A stretch of DNA of 64,000 bases, taken from assembly GCA_913050005.1 (NCBI GenBank), contig CAJXBI010000001.1:90748-154747 (forward strand). The letters run 5' to 3'. This stretch comes from an uncultured Bacteroidota bacterium (GTDB lineage Bacteria; Bacteroidota; Bacteroidia; NS11-12g; UBA9320). The notes under the pieces were generated by a model. It was given only the letters and a program-made list of their open reading frames with translations. It did no database searches and was not told the origin of the DNA. Made by a program: the position numbers and the translations under genes. Every line of letters begins with the position of its first letter. Position 1 is the first letter of the stretch. Shown piece by piece: positions 10,259 to 19,985 of the stretch.

Positions 10259-11023
10259 TTGGTTGCACTAACTTTTTTAAGTGATTTTGGTAATGGTTCT
10301 CACTATACTGCATCTTTTAAGGGTGCTTTGTTAAAGGCGGGTATAGATATGCCATTAATTGAAATTAACAATCAAGTAGATAACAATGAAATATCAGAGT
10401 CTGCATATTTAAGCAGGATGGTATTTGATGATTTCCCAAAAAATAGTATTCACATACTATCCATTGGGATAGTTGCTCATACTTATGATTTTCATTTGAT
10501 TGCTAAATATAAGGGACATTACTTTATTGCTGCTAATAATGCTATTTTAAGCTTAATTTTTGGGATGAAATTTGAATCTTATTTCGTTATTCCTAATTTA
10601 AGTAAACATTTCTCTATTAATGACTTGTATATTCCAGTGATTAAAAAAATACTATCAGGCAATCAACTAGCTGATTTTCTTGTGCCAGCTCAAAATGTGA
10701 AGAAGCAAACTCTTTTAAAGCCAGGCTATGTTGATGGTGAGCTAATTGGAAGTGTTTTATTTATTGATAACATTGGGAATGTTTATACAAACATTTCGCG
10801 ACAAGATTTTACTAGTTTTTTTGAGGGGAATCCATTCATAATTAAACTTTCAAGACATTATAATCTTGATAAAATAAGCGATGAGCTAATAAATATTAAA
10901 CCAGGAGATATATATGGTTATTTTTCTGAACATGGATATTTAGTTATAGCAATTAGAGAGGGTAGTGCTGAAAAACTTCTTAATTTGAGAAAATATAAAC
11001 CGATAATAATTCAAAAACGATGA
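10259..11023 (+). CDS. SAM hydrolase / SAM-dependent halogenase family protein (DUF62-like)
   Basis: N-terminal LSDFG...Y...FKGALL pattern typical of SAM hydroxide adenosyltransferases. TTG start. Confidence 0.6.
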   Translation: MVALTFLSDFGNGSHYTASFKGALLKAGIDMPLIEINNQVDNNEISESAYLSRMVFDDFPKNSIHILSIGIVAHTYDFHLIAKYKGHYFIAANNAILSLIFGMKFESYFVIPNLSKHFSINDLYIPVIKKILSGNQLADFLVPAQNVKKQTLLKPGYVDGELIGSVLFIDNIGNVYTNISRQDFTSFFEGNPFIIKLSRHYNLDKISDELINIKPGDIYGYFSEHGYLVIAIREGSAEKLLNLRKYKPIIIQKR

Positions 11024-11304
11024 TACTTAGATTAGTCAAAATGGAGTTTACAATTATGAATACGACAAAATTCCTAACCTATTTTGAATCAATTAATCAT
11101 AAAATCAATAAAATGCCCGGATTAGTCAACCTAAAGTTGTATCAAGATTTAAATAATCCTAATGTTGTTTTCACGCATAGTACTTGGCTAAATGAAGAGT
11201 CGCTAGAAAACTATAAAAAATCCAAGTTATTCGGTGAAATATGGCCAAAAACCAAAAAGCTCTTTGCATCTGACGCAGTAACTTGGAGTTTGGTCCTAAA
11301 GTAA
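11020..11304 (+). CDS. Small ABM (antibiotic biosynthesis monooxygenase-like) domain protein
   Basis: 94 aa with an ABM-like pattern (LYQD...VVFTHSTW.....YKKS..F). ATGA overlap with the upstream gene. Confidence 0.45.
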   Translation: MILRLVKMEFTIMNTTKFLTYFESINHKINKMPGLVNLKLYQDLNNPNVVFTHSTWLNEESLENYKKSKLFGEIWPKTKKLFASDAVTWSLVLK

Positions 11305-11321
11305 ATATTATTGTAGTACAA

Positions 11322-13613
11322 ATGAAATCAATAAAACTCCTTTTAATTATTGGGTTAGTATACCTTTCTTCAAATTCTTACGCTCAATTTTTAAAACTTG
11401 AAGTTGCAGCAAAAGAAAAAAATTACTTGAGATTGCTAAAAGTGGCAACTGATGCAACAGAAGTCAAGGAGCTTAAAAAGAAGCCCGAGGTATATTACTA
11501 TTTGTCAGAATCATACGTAAATCTTGCACAAGATGAAAGGTTCCTGCAGAAGAATCCTGATGCAATTAAAAAAGCGGTTAGCTTCATGCTAAAGGGAATT
11601 AAAAAAGATAATAATAAAGAAGTACTTATCAATAAATTTTCAGATGTCAGGGACTTAGTTATTGAAAATAATGATCGAGAGGCTTATAAACAATATAATA
11701 CAAATAAGTATTCAAAAGCGGCAAAAATGTATGGCCAATCCTATCAAATTGATACAACTCGCCGCGGTTCTTATTTTTTGCAAGCAAAAAGTTATTTGGG
11801 TGCCGGTGAAAATTTAGCAGCTGAGCTGATTTACAAAGATTTAATAGATCGATATCAGCAAGATTTTGCCAATGGATTAGATCTTGATAAAATCGAAGTT
11901 GATCCATTAGTGTATTTCATTGATAAGTATTGGAATGATGAAAAGTATGATAGTGCAATAGCATTAATAAAGGGTGGCAGAAAATTACATGGAAATGATG
12001 CTAAACTAAATTTTTACCTTGGGAAGATAACTAGTGATATAATTAAAAATATGCCTCCTAGCAAACTTATGTTAGATTATGTGCAAGAGGTACTATTTTA
12101 TTTACCAACAGCAGAAGAGTTTCTGCAAAATGAAAATTCATTATACATATATTTGATAAAAAATAGTGTTATTAATAATCAGTTTGTTGTTACGGATTCA
12201 CTAATAAGTCAGTTTACTCGTGAAAAAATACAGAAGAATAGACTCAAGCAATTAAGTAAAATAAAAGAAACGGATATTTTTATTGAGAAGAAAGAAGAAA
12301 ATATTTTGTGGAAACTAGCTGAATATTTTGAGCATTATTCACATTATTCAAGTGCGTCATATGTGCTTAATAAATATATTAATATTACTACTGAGGGTGC
12401 TTCGAGTTCAGATACATTATCTAGATGGCAAATTATAGCAGACTATAGCTATCAAACAAAATCATTGCCATTTGCTTGTTTTATTTTAAAAGAAGCAATT
12501 CAGCTTTATCCAGAAAATCAAGACCTTCAAGTTTTTCGCTCCAAGATAATCACAGAAAAAGAGGTGGTAAGAACAAACGTTGATGAGCAAGGAGCTATAT
12601 ATAGATTGGTGAAAGATGAATTTGAGTCAAATCCATCCAGTGAAGTATTAGATAAATTAGAAGGGATTAATTCTAAGTATTTGGGGCTTTTAGTTTCTGA
12701 GAATCAGTTCAGTACTGCGAGAAGTGTCGTTGCTGAATTAATGGAGTATTTTCCGAAAAAAGATCATGGTGATCAACTTGAGTTGATTGCCCGTGAGGAT
12801 TTTTTTCAGAATTATTTTAATACAAGAACAAAAGGTAAGGATATTAATGGGAAGGATATCAAACCTTATGTTTGGAATGGAAGAGTTGGTGGATGTAATC
12901 AAGGAACGATTGATAGTAAAATTCAAAATAAGGTAGTAGATCGAATAAATTATTTTAGAAGAAATGCAGGTGTTCCAGAGGTATTATTTGATGAAGCCAC
13001 TAATGAGTATTGTCAGAAAGCAGCTCTAATGATGACAGCTAATAATACTTTGAGTCATGAGCCACCAAAGACATGGAGATGTTGGAGTAGTGAGGGGGCT
13101 TACGCGGCAAAACACTCGTTGTTGATTAAAGAAGCTAACACATCTATGGCTGTAACTTATATCATGGATGATAAGAATTCGAGTGCTGGAAACAGACGCT
13201 GGCTATTACACCCAAATGGTCGTGTTTATGGTCATGGAAGCACTAATGATTACACTGTAATTTGGGCGTTAGACGATAGTGGTACTACTGATTCTTCAGA
13301 TTATATGGATAAACCCATTTGTTGGCCTCCAAAGGGTTATTTACCACAATTGATGTTGATGGAAAATTGGACATTCTCACTGTACGCAGATTTGACTGAT
13401 GCCGTTGTAACAGTATTGCAAGACGGTAAGTTTTTGGATGTTAAGGTAGAACCTTATATAGAAGGTTATGGAGCACCAACTTTGGTATTTAAACCAACAT
13501 ACAATAAAAATTTATTACCTCAAAAAAGTGAATTTGATGTTCAAGTTAGTTTGTCAGACGGACGTAAATTTAACTATCAAGTTAGCACATTTGCCTATAA
13601 TCCATTAAGGTAA
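11322..13613 (+). CDS. Secreted TPR-like repeat protein with C-terminal CAP/SCP (PR-1-like) domain
   Basis: ATG at 11322 gives the signal peptide MKSIKLLLIIGLVYLSSNSYAQ. The C-terminus carries YFRRNAGVP...LSHEPP...NRRWLLHP, a CAP-domain signature. Confidence 0.6.
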   Translation: MKSIKLLLIIGLVYLSSNSYAQFLKLEVAAKEKNYLRLLKVATDATEVKELKKKPEVYYYLSESYVNLAQDERFLQKNPDAIKKAVSFMLKGIKKDNNKEVLINKFSDVRDLVIENNDREAYKQYNTNKYSKAAKMYGQSYQIDTTRRGSYFLQAKSYLGAGENLAAELIYKDLIDRYQQDFANGLDLDKIEVDPLVYFIDKYWNDEKYDSAIALIKGGRKLHGNDAKLNFYLGKITSDIIKNMPPSKLMLDYVQEVLFYLPTAEEFLQNENSLYIYLIKNSVINNQFVVTDSLISQFTREKIQKNRLKQLSKIKETDIFIEKKEENILWKLAEYFEHYSHYSSASYVLNKYINITTEGASSSDTLSRWQIIADYSYQTKSLPFACFILKEAIQLYPENQDLQVFRSKIITEKEVVRTNVDEQGAIYRLVKDEFESNPSSEVLDKLEGINSKYLGLLVSENQFSTARSVVAELMEYFPKKDHGDQLELIAREDFFQNYFNTRTKGKDINGKDIKPYVWNGRVGGCNQGTIDSKIQNKVVDRINYFRRNAGVPEVLFDEATNEYCQKAALMMTANNTLSHEPPKTWRCWSSEGAYAAKHSLLIKEANTSMAVTYIMDDKNSSAGNRRWLLHPNGRVYGHGSTNDYTVIWALDDSGTTDSSDYMDKPICWPPKGYLPQLMLMENWTFSLYADLTDAVVTVLQDGKFLDVKVEPYIEGYGAPTLVFKPTYNKNLLPQKSEFDVQVSLSDGRKFNYQVSTFAYNPLR

Positions 13614-13674
13614 AACATTTTAGTGTTACGATTTTATTAAATTGCACAATAAGCATATTCTATGCAATCTTAAC

Positions 13675-16600
13675 ATGAGGATTATTAAGTTATTCATATA
13701 TATCTTTTCACTCTTTTCTGCCAGTGTTCAGGCAGATGGTATAATAAAAAATATAGGTCAATTTGATGAATCCGTGATTTCAAGAGTTGATTTCGGTACG
13801 CATTCGATATTTATGGAGGATGATGGTTTTAAAGTCCTTCTTCACGATCAAGTGAAATGGGCAAATATGATAATGCATTATCATGACAATTTGATGCATT
13901 ATCACAGTTCTACCATTGATGATTTCATAGACACACTCCATTTTCAAATGTTGAAATATTCATTTGAGGGTGCAAATTTCAGTGAGCCAAAATATGAAGA
14001 ACCTAGCGAAGCTTACTACAATTATTACACAGGTAATGATAAGTCAAAATGGTTAGGAGGTGTACGTAAATATAATAAGTTGACTTTCCTGTCAATATAT
14101 CCTAATATAGACTTAGAATATGAGGTTATTGGAGAACGGTTTAAATATAATTTCATTCTTAACCCAGGGGCAACGTTGTCAGACATCCGTTTTAAAATAG
14201 ATGGTCATGATGGGGTATCAATTCTGTCGGATAGAATTGTTATGAAGACTAGATTTGGAGAATTTAGCGAAGTGATGCCCTTTTCATTTGAGGTTAGCGA
14301 TGGGCAAAAGAAGCTCATTCAGATGAAATATATTGATCAAGGTGATTACATTGGTTTCGAGTCAATTTTTTTTAAGTCTAAAGTTAAGACCGTTATAGAT
14401 CCGGAATTAATATTTTCTACTTACTCAGGGAGTACGGTAGATAATTTTGGTTTCACGGCCAGTTATGATGACGAGGGTAATTTGTACTCTGGAGGTATTG
14501 CTACTAGTCCAACAAAATTTTTAAATGGTGCTTATCCCACCACGCCTGGTGCTTTTGATGTTACTTTTAACGGTGGTGAACCCAATACCTTTGCTTGTGA
14601 TATTGTCATTAGCAAATACTCAAGTAATGGACAGAATTTAATTTATGCTACATATTTAGGAGGTAATGCAAATGATTATCCACACAGTCTTGTAGTAGAC
14701 AAAAATAATCAGTTAATCGTTTTTGGAACTTCAACCTCTGCCAACTATCCTACTAAATTGGATGCAGCAGACCCATTTTATAATGGAGACGAGGATATTG
14801 TAGTTTCCAAATTTAATGCTAATGGTACTGCATTAATTGGTTCTACATTCATAGGTGGTTTTGGTAGCGATGGTATCAATGATAACGGAGATACACGTTA
14901 CTTTTATGCAGATGACTATCGTGGCGAGGTTAATCTAGATAACGACGGTAATATATTTATTGCAACCAGCTCTTCGTCATCTAATTTCCCTACCACTTCT
15001 GGTGTTTTTCAACCTGGACCATCTGGAGTACAAGATGGAGTTATTATAAGTTTAAATCCTGACCTAACAGCTATTCGATGGAGTACATATTTTGGTGGTT
15101 CGGGAGCTGATGCTATTTACAGTATAGATATCTCATCAGATGGGGATTTATACATTGCAGGAGGTACTAGTAGTAGAAATATACCTACCAAACCAGGTGC
15201 ATACTCTGAGAATCAATTGGGTGAAACAGATGGATTTATTGCTCAAATAAGTGCAGATGGTAGCCAAGTGAAGCAAGCCACTTATTACGGAACATCTGCT
15301 TATGATCAGATATTACAGCTAGAGTTAGGAAAATACGGTAATGTATATGTAGTAGGTCATTCTGAGAGTAATTTACCTACTAAAGGAGTTGTATATTCTA
15401 ATAATAATGGGAAACAGTTTGTATCGAAATTCAAACCTGACCTTTCCGAGTTGTTGATTAGCTCAGTTTATGGAAGTGGAGGTAATATTCCTGATATCAC
15501 AATTAATGCTTTTTTGGTTGATGATTGCAATAAGATATATGTTAGTGGTTGGGGAAGTAATTCAGAGGATATTCCAGGTAAAAAGCTGTCAAATATGCCC
15601 TTAAGTGCTGACGCATTTCAAAAAACTACAGATGGTCAAGATTTTCATTTGTCTGTTTTTGAGGAAGACATGGCAGATTTGTCTTATGCCACTTATTTTG
15701 GTGGAAATCAAACAGGAGATCACGTTGATGGAGGTACCAGTAGATTTGATAAAAGAGGTATAATTTATCAGAGTGTTTGCTCAAGCTGTCCAGAAAATCC
15801 TCTGAGTTCCAGAATTAGCGATTTTCCTACGACCCCAGGAGCATATTCTGAGAGTAATCCTAGCCCAAGATGTAGTAATGCATCATTCAAAATGGCTGTA
15901 GTGCCTTTTAATTTACCCCCAAGTATATCTCCTAAAAATTTTGTAACCAATGTAATAGATACGTTGAATATTCAAATAGGAGATACGTTTTCTTTTAATT
16001 ATCCTATTACAGATCCTGAGGGTGATTCTTTGTATGTTTATTTTGATATTCCTTCCAGTTTAAGGTCAAATTTGATAAGTTATGAAGATACTTTGATTGG
16101 TAAGGGCTCATTAAATGCTTATTTTAGTTTCTTATTTTCATGTGGTAATGCGGGTAAATCATTCAATATAAATGTTCGTGCTGAAGATAGGGGGTGTCCT
16201 AATAATACTGATAGTCTGACTTCTATTATAATACAGATAGATTCCACTCCACTTTTGCCACCACCTGATGTATTGTGTCTGAATTTTGTAAGTGATCAAG
16301 AACTTAGAATTGATTGGGAGCAAACGCCAACATCTGAATATTTTTACAGAATGGCGTTATATCGTATAGATCCTAGTGGGGATACCAGTATTCTAACATA
16401 CTCACTTAATCAGTTGGGTGGATCTTTTACAGATTTGGATGTAATTGATCCAAGAAATAGAGATTATACTTATTATATAGTGGTAGAAAATATCTGTAAT
16501 GAGTGGGGTATTCAATCCTATCTTTTGAGTACTGCTCGCGAGAGTCAAATTCCAGTTGAAGAAACGTATTTAAAGACCGCAACCGTAAATGTGAAATCTA

Positions 16601-17400
16601 TAGAAGTTATTTTTCTAAAATCAAAGGAAGACGATTTTGGGTATTATGAAATATACAAAGGAACCCGTGAAAAAGGGAGATATAAGTTTTTAACTAAAAT
16701 ATCAAACATTGATGATACAGTATTTGTAGACAATAATGTAAATGTAAATACGACTTCTTATTGTTATCAAGTTAGGGTTGTGGATGATTGCGGACACTTA
16801 AGTTCTTTTAGTAATAATGGCTGTACAATTGTGATTAGGGGAGAGGCATTAAATAAAAAATCAGAAGTACCTCGATTTAAATTTGATTTACTTTGGGATG
16901 ATTACATTACATGGGATGGAGGAGTGATGGATTATGAGCTTCTTCGATCCGCAGACACAGGTTCCTTAAGACCAATTGTTCGATTGGCTGACCCTATAGT
17001 TGAATACAGAGATTCTGATCTAGATTATGATTGGGGAGGATATTGGTATAGTGTTCTAGCCTACGAAGGTCCTGGCAGTCAAGATGCAATTAGTCGAAGT
17101 AACGATATTTATTTGATACAACCTCCACTAGTTTTTATCCCTAATGCTGTAACTTCAAACGGAGATAATTTGAATGAGGTATTCGGATGGAGCGATGTAT
17201 TTGTCCGTGAGTTTGAAATTAAGGTATATAATCGATGGGGGGAGAAGGTTTTTCAGTCAACTGATAAAAATGCAAATTGGGACGGAGAATATAAACAAGG
17301 GGCCTTAACCTTTAGTAACGTTTATTTTTGGATAGTGCGATACATAGGTTGGGATAATAATGTGTACGTTAATAAGGGTACTCTAACAATAGTCAAGTAA
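13675..17400 (+). CDS. Large T9SS cargo: beta-propeller (SBBP-like) repeat protein with type-B (gliding motility-associated) C-terminal sorting domain
   Basis: ATG at 13675 gives a signal peptide. Repeated YATYLGG/STYFGGSG...D motifs. C-terminus is PNAVTSNGDNLNEVF...YNRWGEKVF...WDGEY. Confidence 0.8.
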   Translation: MRIIKLFIYIFSLFSASVQADGIIKNIGQFDESVISRVDFGTHSIFMEDDGFKVLLHDQVKWANMIMHYHDNLMHYHSSTIDDFIDTLHFQMLKYSFEGANFSEPKYEEPSEAYYNYYTGNDKSKWLGGVRKYNKLTFLSIYPNIDLEYEVIGERFKYNFILNPGATLSDIRFKIDGHDGVSILSDRIVMKTRFGEFSEVMPFSFEVSDGQKKLIQMKYIDQGDYIGFESIFFKSKVKTVIDPELIFSTYSGSTVDNFGFTASYDDEGNLYSGGIATSPTKFLNGAYPTTPGAFDVTFNGGEPNTFACDIVISKYSSNGQNLIYATYLGGNANDYPHSLVVDKNNQLIVFGTSTSANYPTKLDAADPFYNGDEDIVVSKFNANGTALIGSTFIGGFGSDGINDNGDTRYFYADDYRGEVNLDNDGNIFIATSSSSSNFPTTSGVFQPGPSGVQDGVIISLNPDLTAIRWSTYFGGSGADAIYSIDISSDGDLYIAGGTSSRNIPTKPGAYSENQLGETDGFIAQISADGSQVKQATYYGTSAYDQILQLELGKYGNVYVVGHSESNLPTKGVVYSNNNGKQFVSKFKPDLSELLISSVYGSGGNIPDITINAFLVDDCNKIYVSGWGSNSEDIPGKKLSNMPLSADAFQKTTDGQDFHLSVFEEDMADLSYATYFGGNQTGDHVDGGTSRFDKRGIIYQSVCSSCPENPLSSRISDFPTTPGAYSESNPSPRCSNASFKMAVVPFNLPPSISPKNFVTNVIDTLNIQIGDTFSFNYPITDPEGDSLYVYFDIPSSLRSNLISYEDTLIGKGSLNAYFSFLFSCGNAGKSFNINVRAEDRGCPNNTDSLTSIIIQIDSTPLLPPPDVLCLNFVSDQELRIDWEQTPTSEYFYRMALYRIDPSGDTSILTYSLNQLGGSFTDLDVIDPRNRDYTYYIVVENICNEWGIQSYLLSTARESQIPVEETYLKTATVNVKSIEVIFLKSKEDDFGYYEIYKGTREKGRYKFLTKISNIDDTVFVDNNVNVNTTSYCYQVRVVDDCGHLSSFSNNGCTIVIRGEALNKKSEVPRFKFDLLWDDYITWDGGVMDYELLRSADTGSLRPIVRLADPIVEYRDSDLDYDWGGYWYSVLAYEGPGSQDAISRSNDIYLIQPPLVFIPNAVTSNGDNLNEVFGWSDVFVREFEIKVYNRWGEKVFQSTDKNANWDGEYKQGALTFSNVYFWIVRYIGWDNNVYVNKGTLTIVK

Positions 17401-17414
17401 GTTTACTAAACAAC

Positions 17415-18110
17415 TTATGTTTCTGTCATAGCAGCAATAACACCCTTAGCCCACTGAAGAGAAATTTTAGCTTGTTCATTTTTAGTCATTGAAGAGTTGT
17501 CAAGAGTAATTGCATCCTCAGCTTTCTTTAGAGGGCTTTCTTTTCTTGTGCTGTCCATCTGGTCTCTTTCTCTGATATTATGAAGGACTTCCTGATAATT
17601 GGTATGTATACCTTTTTTGGATAACTCATCATATCTTCTTTTTGCTCGGACTTCTGAGCTAGCAGTCATGAATATTTTTAACTCAGCATCTGGAAAAACA
17701 ACTGTGCCAATGTCTCTTCCGTCCATTACCACACCTTTATTTTTCCCCATTTCCTGCTGTTTTTTTACCAAATAATCTCGTACAACTTTGATTGTACTAA
17801 CTGGACTTACAAACCTTGAGACCCTCATGTTTCGAATCTCATCCTCAACATTCGCATCGTTAAGATAGGTTTCATAGAATTTTTTCTCGGAATTATATTT
17901 AAATTCAATTTTTATATTTCCAAGTATTGCTGGATCTTCTTGAAGTTCTTCGAGTGTGATACCCTCATTAAGTAAATAAAGCGTCACAGCTCGATACATG
18001 GCACCGCTATCTATGAACAAATAGCCAAGTTCTTTGGCTATATTTTTTGCAAGGGTTCCCTTGCCACAACTCGAATGTCCATCAATTGCTATGTTAATTT
18101 TTGAGTTCAA
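17415..18110 (-). CDS. cmk: Cytidylate kinase
   Basis: IAIDGHSSCGKGT P-loop and cmk-like length. TTG start, with the frame closed 2 codons upstream. Confidence 0.85.
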   Translation of the reverse strand: MNSKINIAIDGHSSCGKGTLAKNIAKELGYLFIDSGAMYRAVTLYLLNEGITLEELQEDPAILGNIKIEFKYNSEKKFYETYLNDANVEDEIRNMRVSRFVSPVSTIKVVRDYLVKKQQEMGKNKGVVMDGRDIGTVVFPDAELKIFMTASSEVRAKRRYDELSKKGIHTNYQEVLHNIRERDQMDSTRKESPLKKAEDAITLDNSSMTKNEQAKISLQWAKGVIAAMTET

Positions 18111-18117
18111 TATTGCT

Positions 18118-18125
18118 CAAACATA
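18118..18125 (-). promoter_or_regulatory. -7 promoter box TATGTTTG upstream of cmk
   Basis: Exact TAnnTTTG, 7 nt from the cmk TTG start. Confidence 0.4.
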
Positions 18126-18188
18126 AACCTATTTTTTGATTTATTAAATAAGAGGTAAATTTTAATAATTTATTGAGATTTAGGTTGA

Positions 18189-19235
18189 TTATTTAACTTT
18201 TTGCTTAAAACTAGATAAATCTCTAGACACTGAAAAATAATTGGAAGCTATCCCAGGGAAATAACCTGCACTTCCATAACCAATCATTAGTTTTTTTACA
18301 CCAATAGAAAAACCCCAACTAAATCCAGTAGATGCTTTCCTATTTTCTGGGCCTAATTCAGCTCTTCTTTGATGATTGTAACCAGCCTTAATTTGAAAAT
18401 TATCAGAGAAAATAAATTCAGTATTGAAGATGACATGTCGCATGGCCTTATCACCAAAAGATAAATTTTGATTTTTTATTATACCTGTTTCTAAGTCAAT
18501 TTCTTTGTTTCTTAAATTTGTATTTACATATGAGTTATTCCATCGATGTAGGTTATGGAGAGTGAGTGTGAATCTTAAAGGATTATGAGCAAGTTTTTTA
18601 CTAATACTAGCTTGTATGTCAAAAGGGATGGACTCTCTCGGACTATCTTCAGAATATCGAATAAATTGATAACCTATATTTTTGATTAGAAATCCTACAT
18701 TCATCAGTTGGTCGTTATCAGCATACTGTCCTCCCAAATCGATGCCACCAGCTGTACTGACGTATGCTTCATAAACACTATACAAGAATTTACCGTTTGC
18801 ACCAACAGTTATTTTGTCGGTTATTTTTCTGCTCAAACCAACTTGAAAAGTATAGTCAGTAGCGTCAAATTCGCCAATAATATCACCTGCATTATTTGTT
18901 CGAATAAAATTTCCATAATCATAAAAACCAATATTGAAGGTCATGGTATGAATGCTATCAATTTTTTTTCCATAACTACTAAAACCATAATTTATATCAG
19001 CTACATGGTTAGCATAAGACAGCGATACATTATTGTGCATCTGATGATTTATAAGAGCTGGATTTTGGAAACCTGCAGCAGGATCGTGATCTGTATTTGC
19101 TATTGAAACTCCACCAAGAGCAGTGTGTCTAGCATTATTTTCAATAAGTGCAAAAGCAAAAGCTCTGCTTCCTCCAATTTGAGCAGTAGACACTATACTT
19201 ATTAGCATGATTAAAAATAGTTGAATAATCCTCAT
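18189..19235 (-). CDS. porQ: Type IX secretion system outer-membrane protein PorQ
   Basis: Signal peptide followed by GGSRAFAFALIENNARHTALGG, a PorQ-family N-terminal motif. Beta-barrel-like alternating pattern, 348 aa. Confidence 0.65.
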   Translation of the reverse strand: MRIIQLFLIMLISIVSTAQIGGSRAFAFALIENNARHTALGGVSIANTDHDPAAGFQNPALINHQMHNNVSLSYANHVADINYGFSSYGKKIDSIHTMTFNIGFYDYGNFIRTNNAGDIIGEFDATDYTFQVGLSRKITDKITVGANGKFLYSVYEAYVSTAGGIDLGGQYADNDQLMNVGFLIKNIGYQFIRYSEDSPRESIPFDIQASISKKLAHNPLRFTLTLHNLHRWNNSYVNTNLRNKEIDLETGIIKNQNLSFGDKAMRHVIFNTEFIFSDNFQIKAGYNHQRRAELGPENRKASTGFSWGFSIGVKKLMIGYGSAGYFPGIASNYFSVSRDLSSFKQKVK

Positions 19236-19249
19236 ATGAATTATAACGT

Positions 19250-19257
19250 CAAATTTA
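19250..19257 (-). promoter_or_regulatory. -7 promoter box TAAATTTG upstream of porQ
   Basis: Exact TAnnTTTG, 14 nt upstream of the ATG. Confidence 0.45.
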
Positions 19258-19301
19258 TGAAATATTGATGTGAAGAAGTCTTTTTATTTTTTTAGACTAT
19301 T

Positions 19302-19979
19302 CTACTGAGACGTATCACTGATTATTTTTCCATCCTCAATGGTGACAATTCGATTTGCTTTATTGATAACTCGTTGGTCATGCGTGCTAAATATGAAAGT
19401 AGTTTTTTCGTTTTTATTTAGTTTTTGCATGATATTTAGTAGATTTTCTGAGGACTTACTATCTAAGTTGGCAGTTGGTTCGTCTGCAAGAATAAAACTA
19501 GGTTTACTTGCAAGAGCCCTAGCTACAGCTACACGTTGTTGTTGACCACCACTCATTTCATTAGGTCTTTTATAAATCTGATCTTCTAAACCTACTGCTT
19601 TCAGTAGCTTAAGTGTGCGTTCACTCCTGAATTCTTCTTCTCTATTTTGCAAGAGCATCAAAAATTCAACATTTTCTTTCGCTGTCAATACAGGTATCAA
19701 ATTATAACTCTGAAAAATAAAACCAATATTATGAAGCCTAAAATCAATGAGCTCGTCTTCGTGAAGTTGTGTGATGTAAGTATCATTAATTTTTACAGAC
19801 CCCTTTGTTGGCGAGTCTAATCCTCCAATGATATTAAGTAACGTTGTTTTTCCTGACCCTGATGGGCCTACAATTGCTGTAAACTCACCTGGATTGATGG
19901 TTAAGTCAATGTTTTGAAGCGCTTGAACCTTAATGTCACCAGATTGGTATGTCATATGGATATTTTTTATCGATATCAT
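19302..19979 (-). CDS. ABC transporter ATP-binding protein (LolD/MacB-type)
   Basis: Walker A GPSGSGKTT, signature LSGGQQQRV, Walker B ILADEP. Confidence 0.85.
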   Translation of the reverse strand: MISIKNIHMTYQSGDIKVQALQNIDLTINPGEFTAIVGPSGSGKTTLLNIIGGLDSPTKGSVKINDTYITQLHEDELIDFRLHNIGFIFQSYNLIPVLTAKENVEFLMLLQNREEEFRSERTLKLLKAVGLEDQIYKRPNEMSGGQQQRVAVARALASKPSFILADEPTANLDSKSSENLLNIMQKLNKNEKTTFIFSTHDQRVINKANRIVTIEDGKIISDTSQ

Positions 19980-19985
19980 TGGTTT

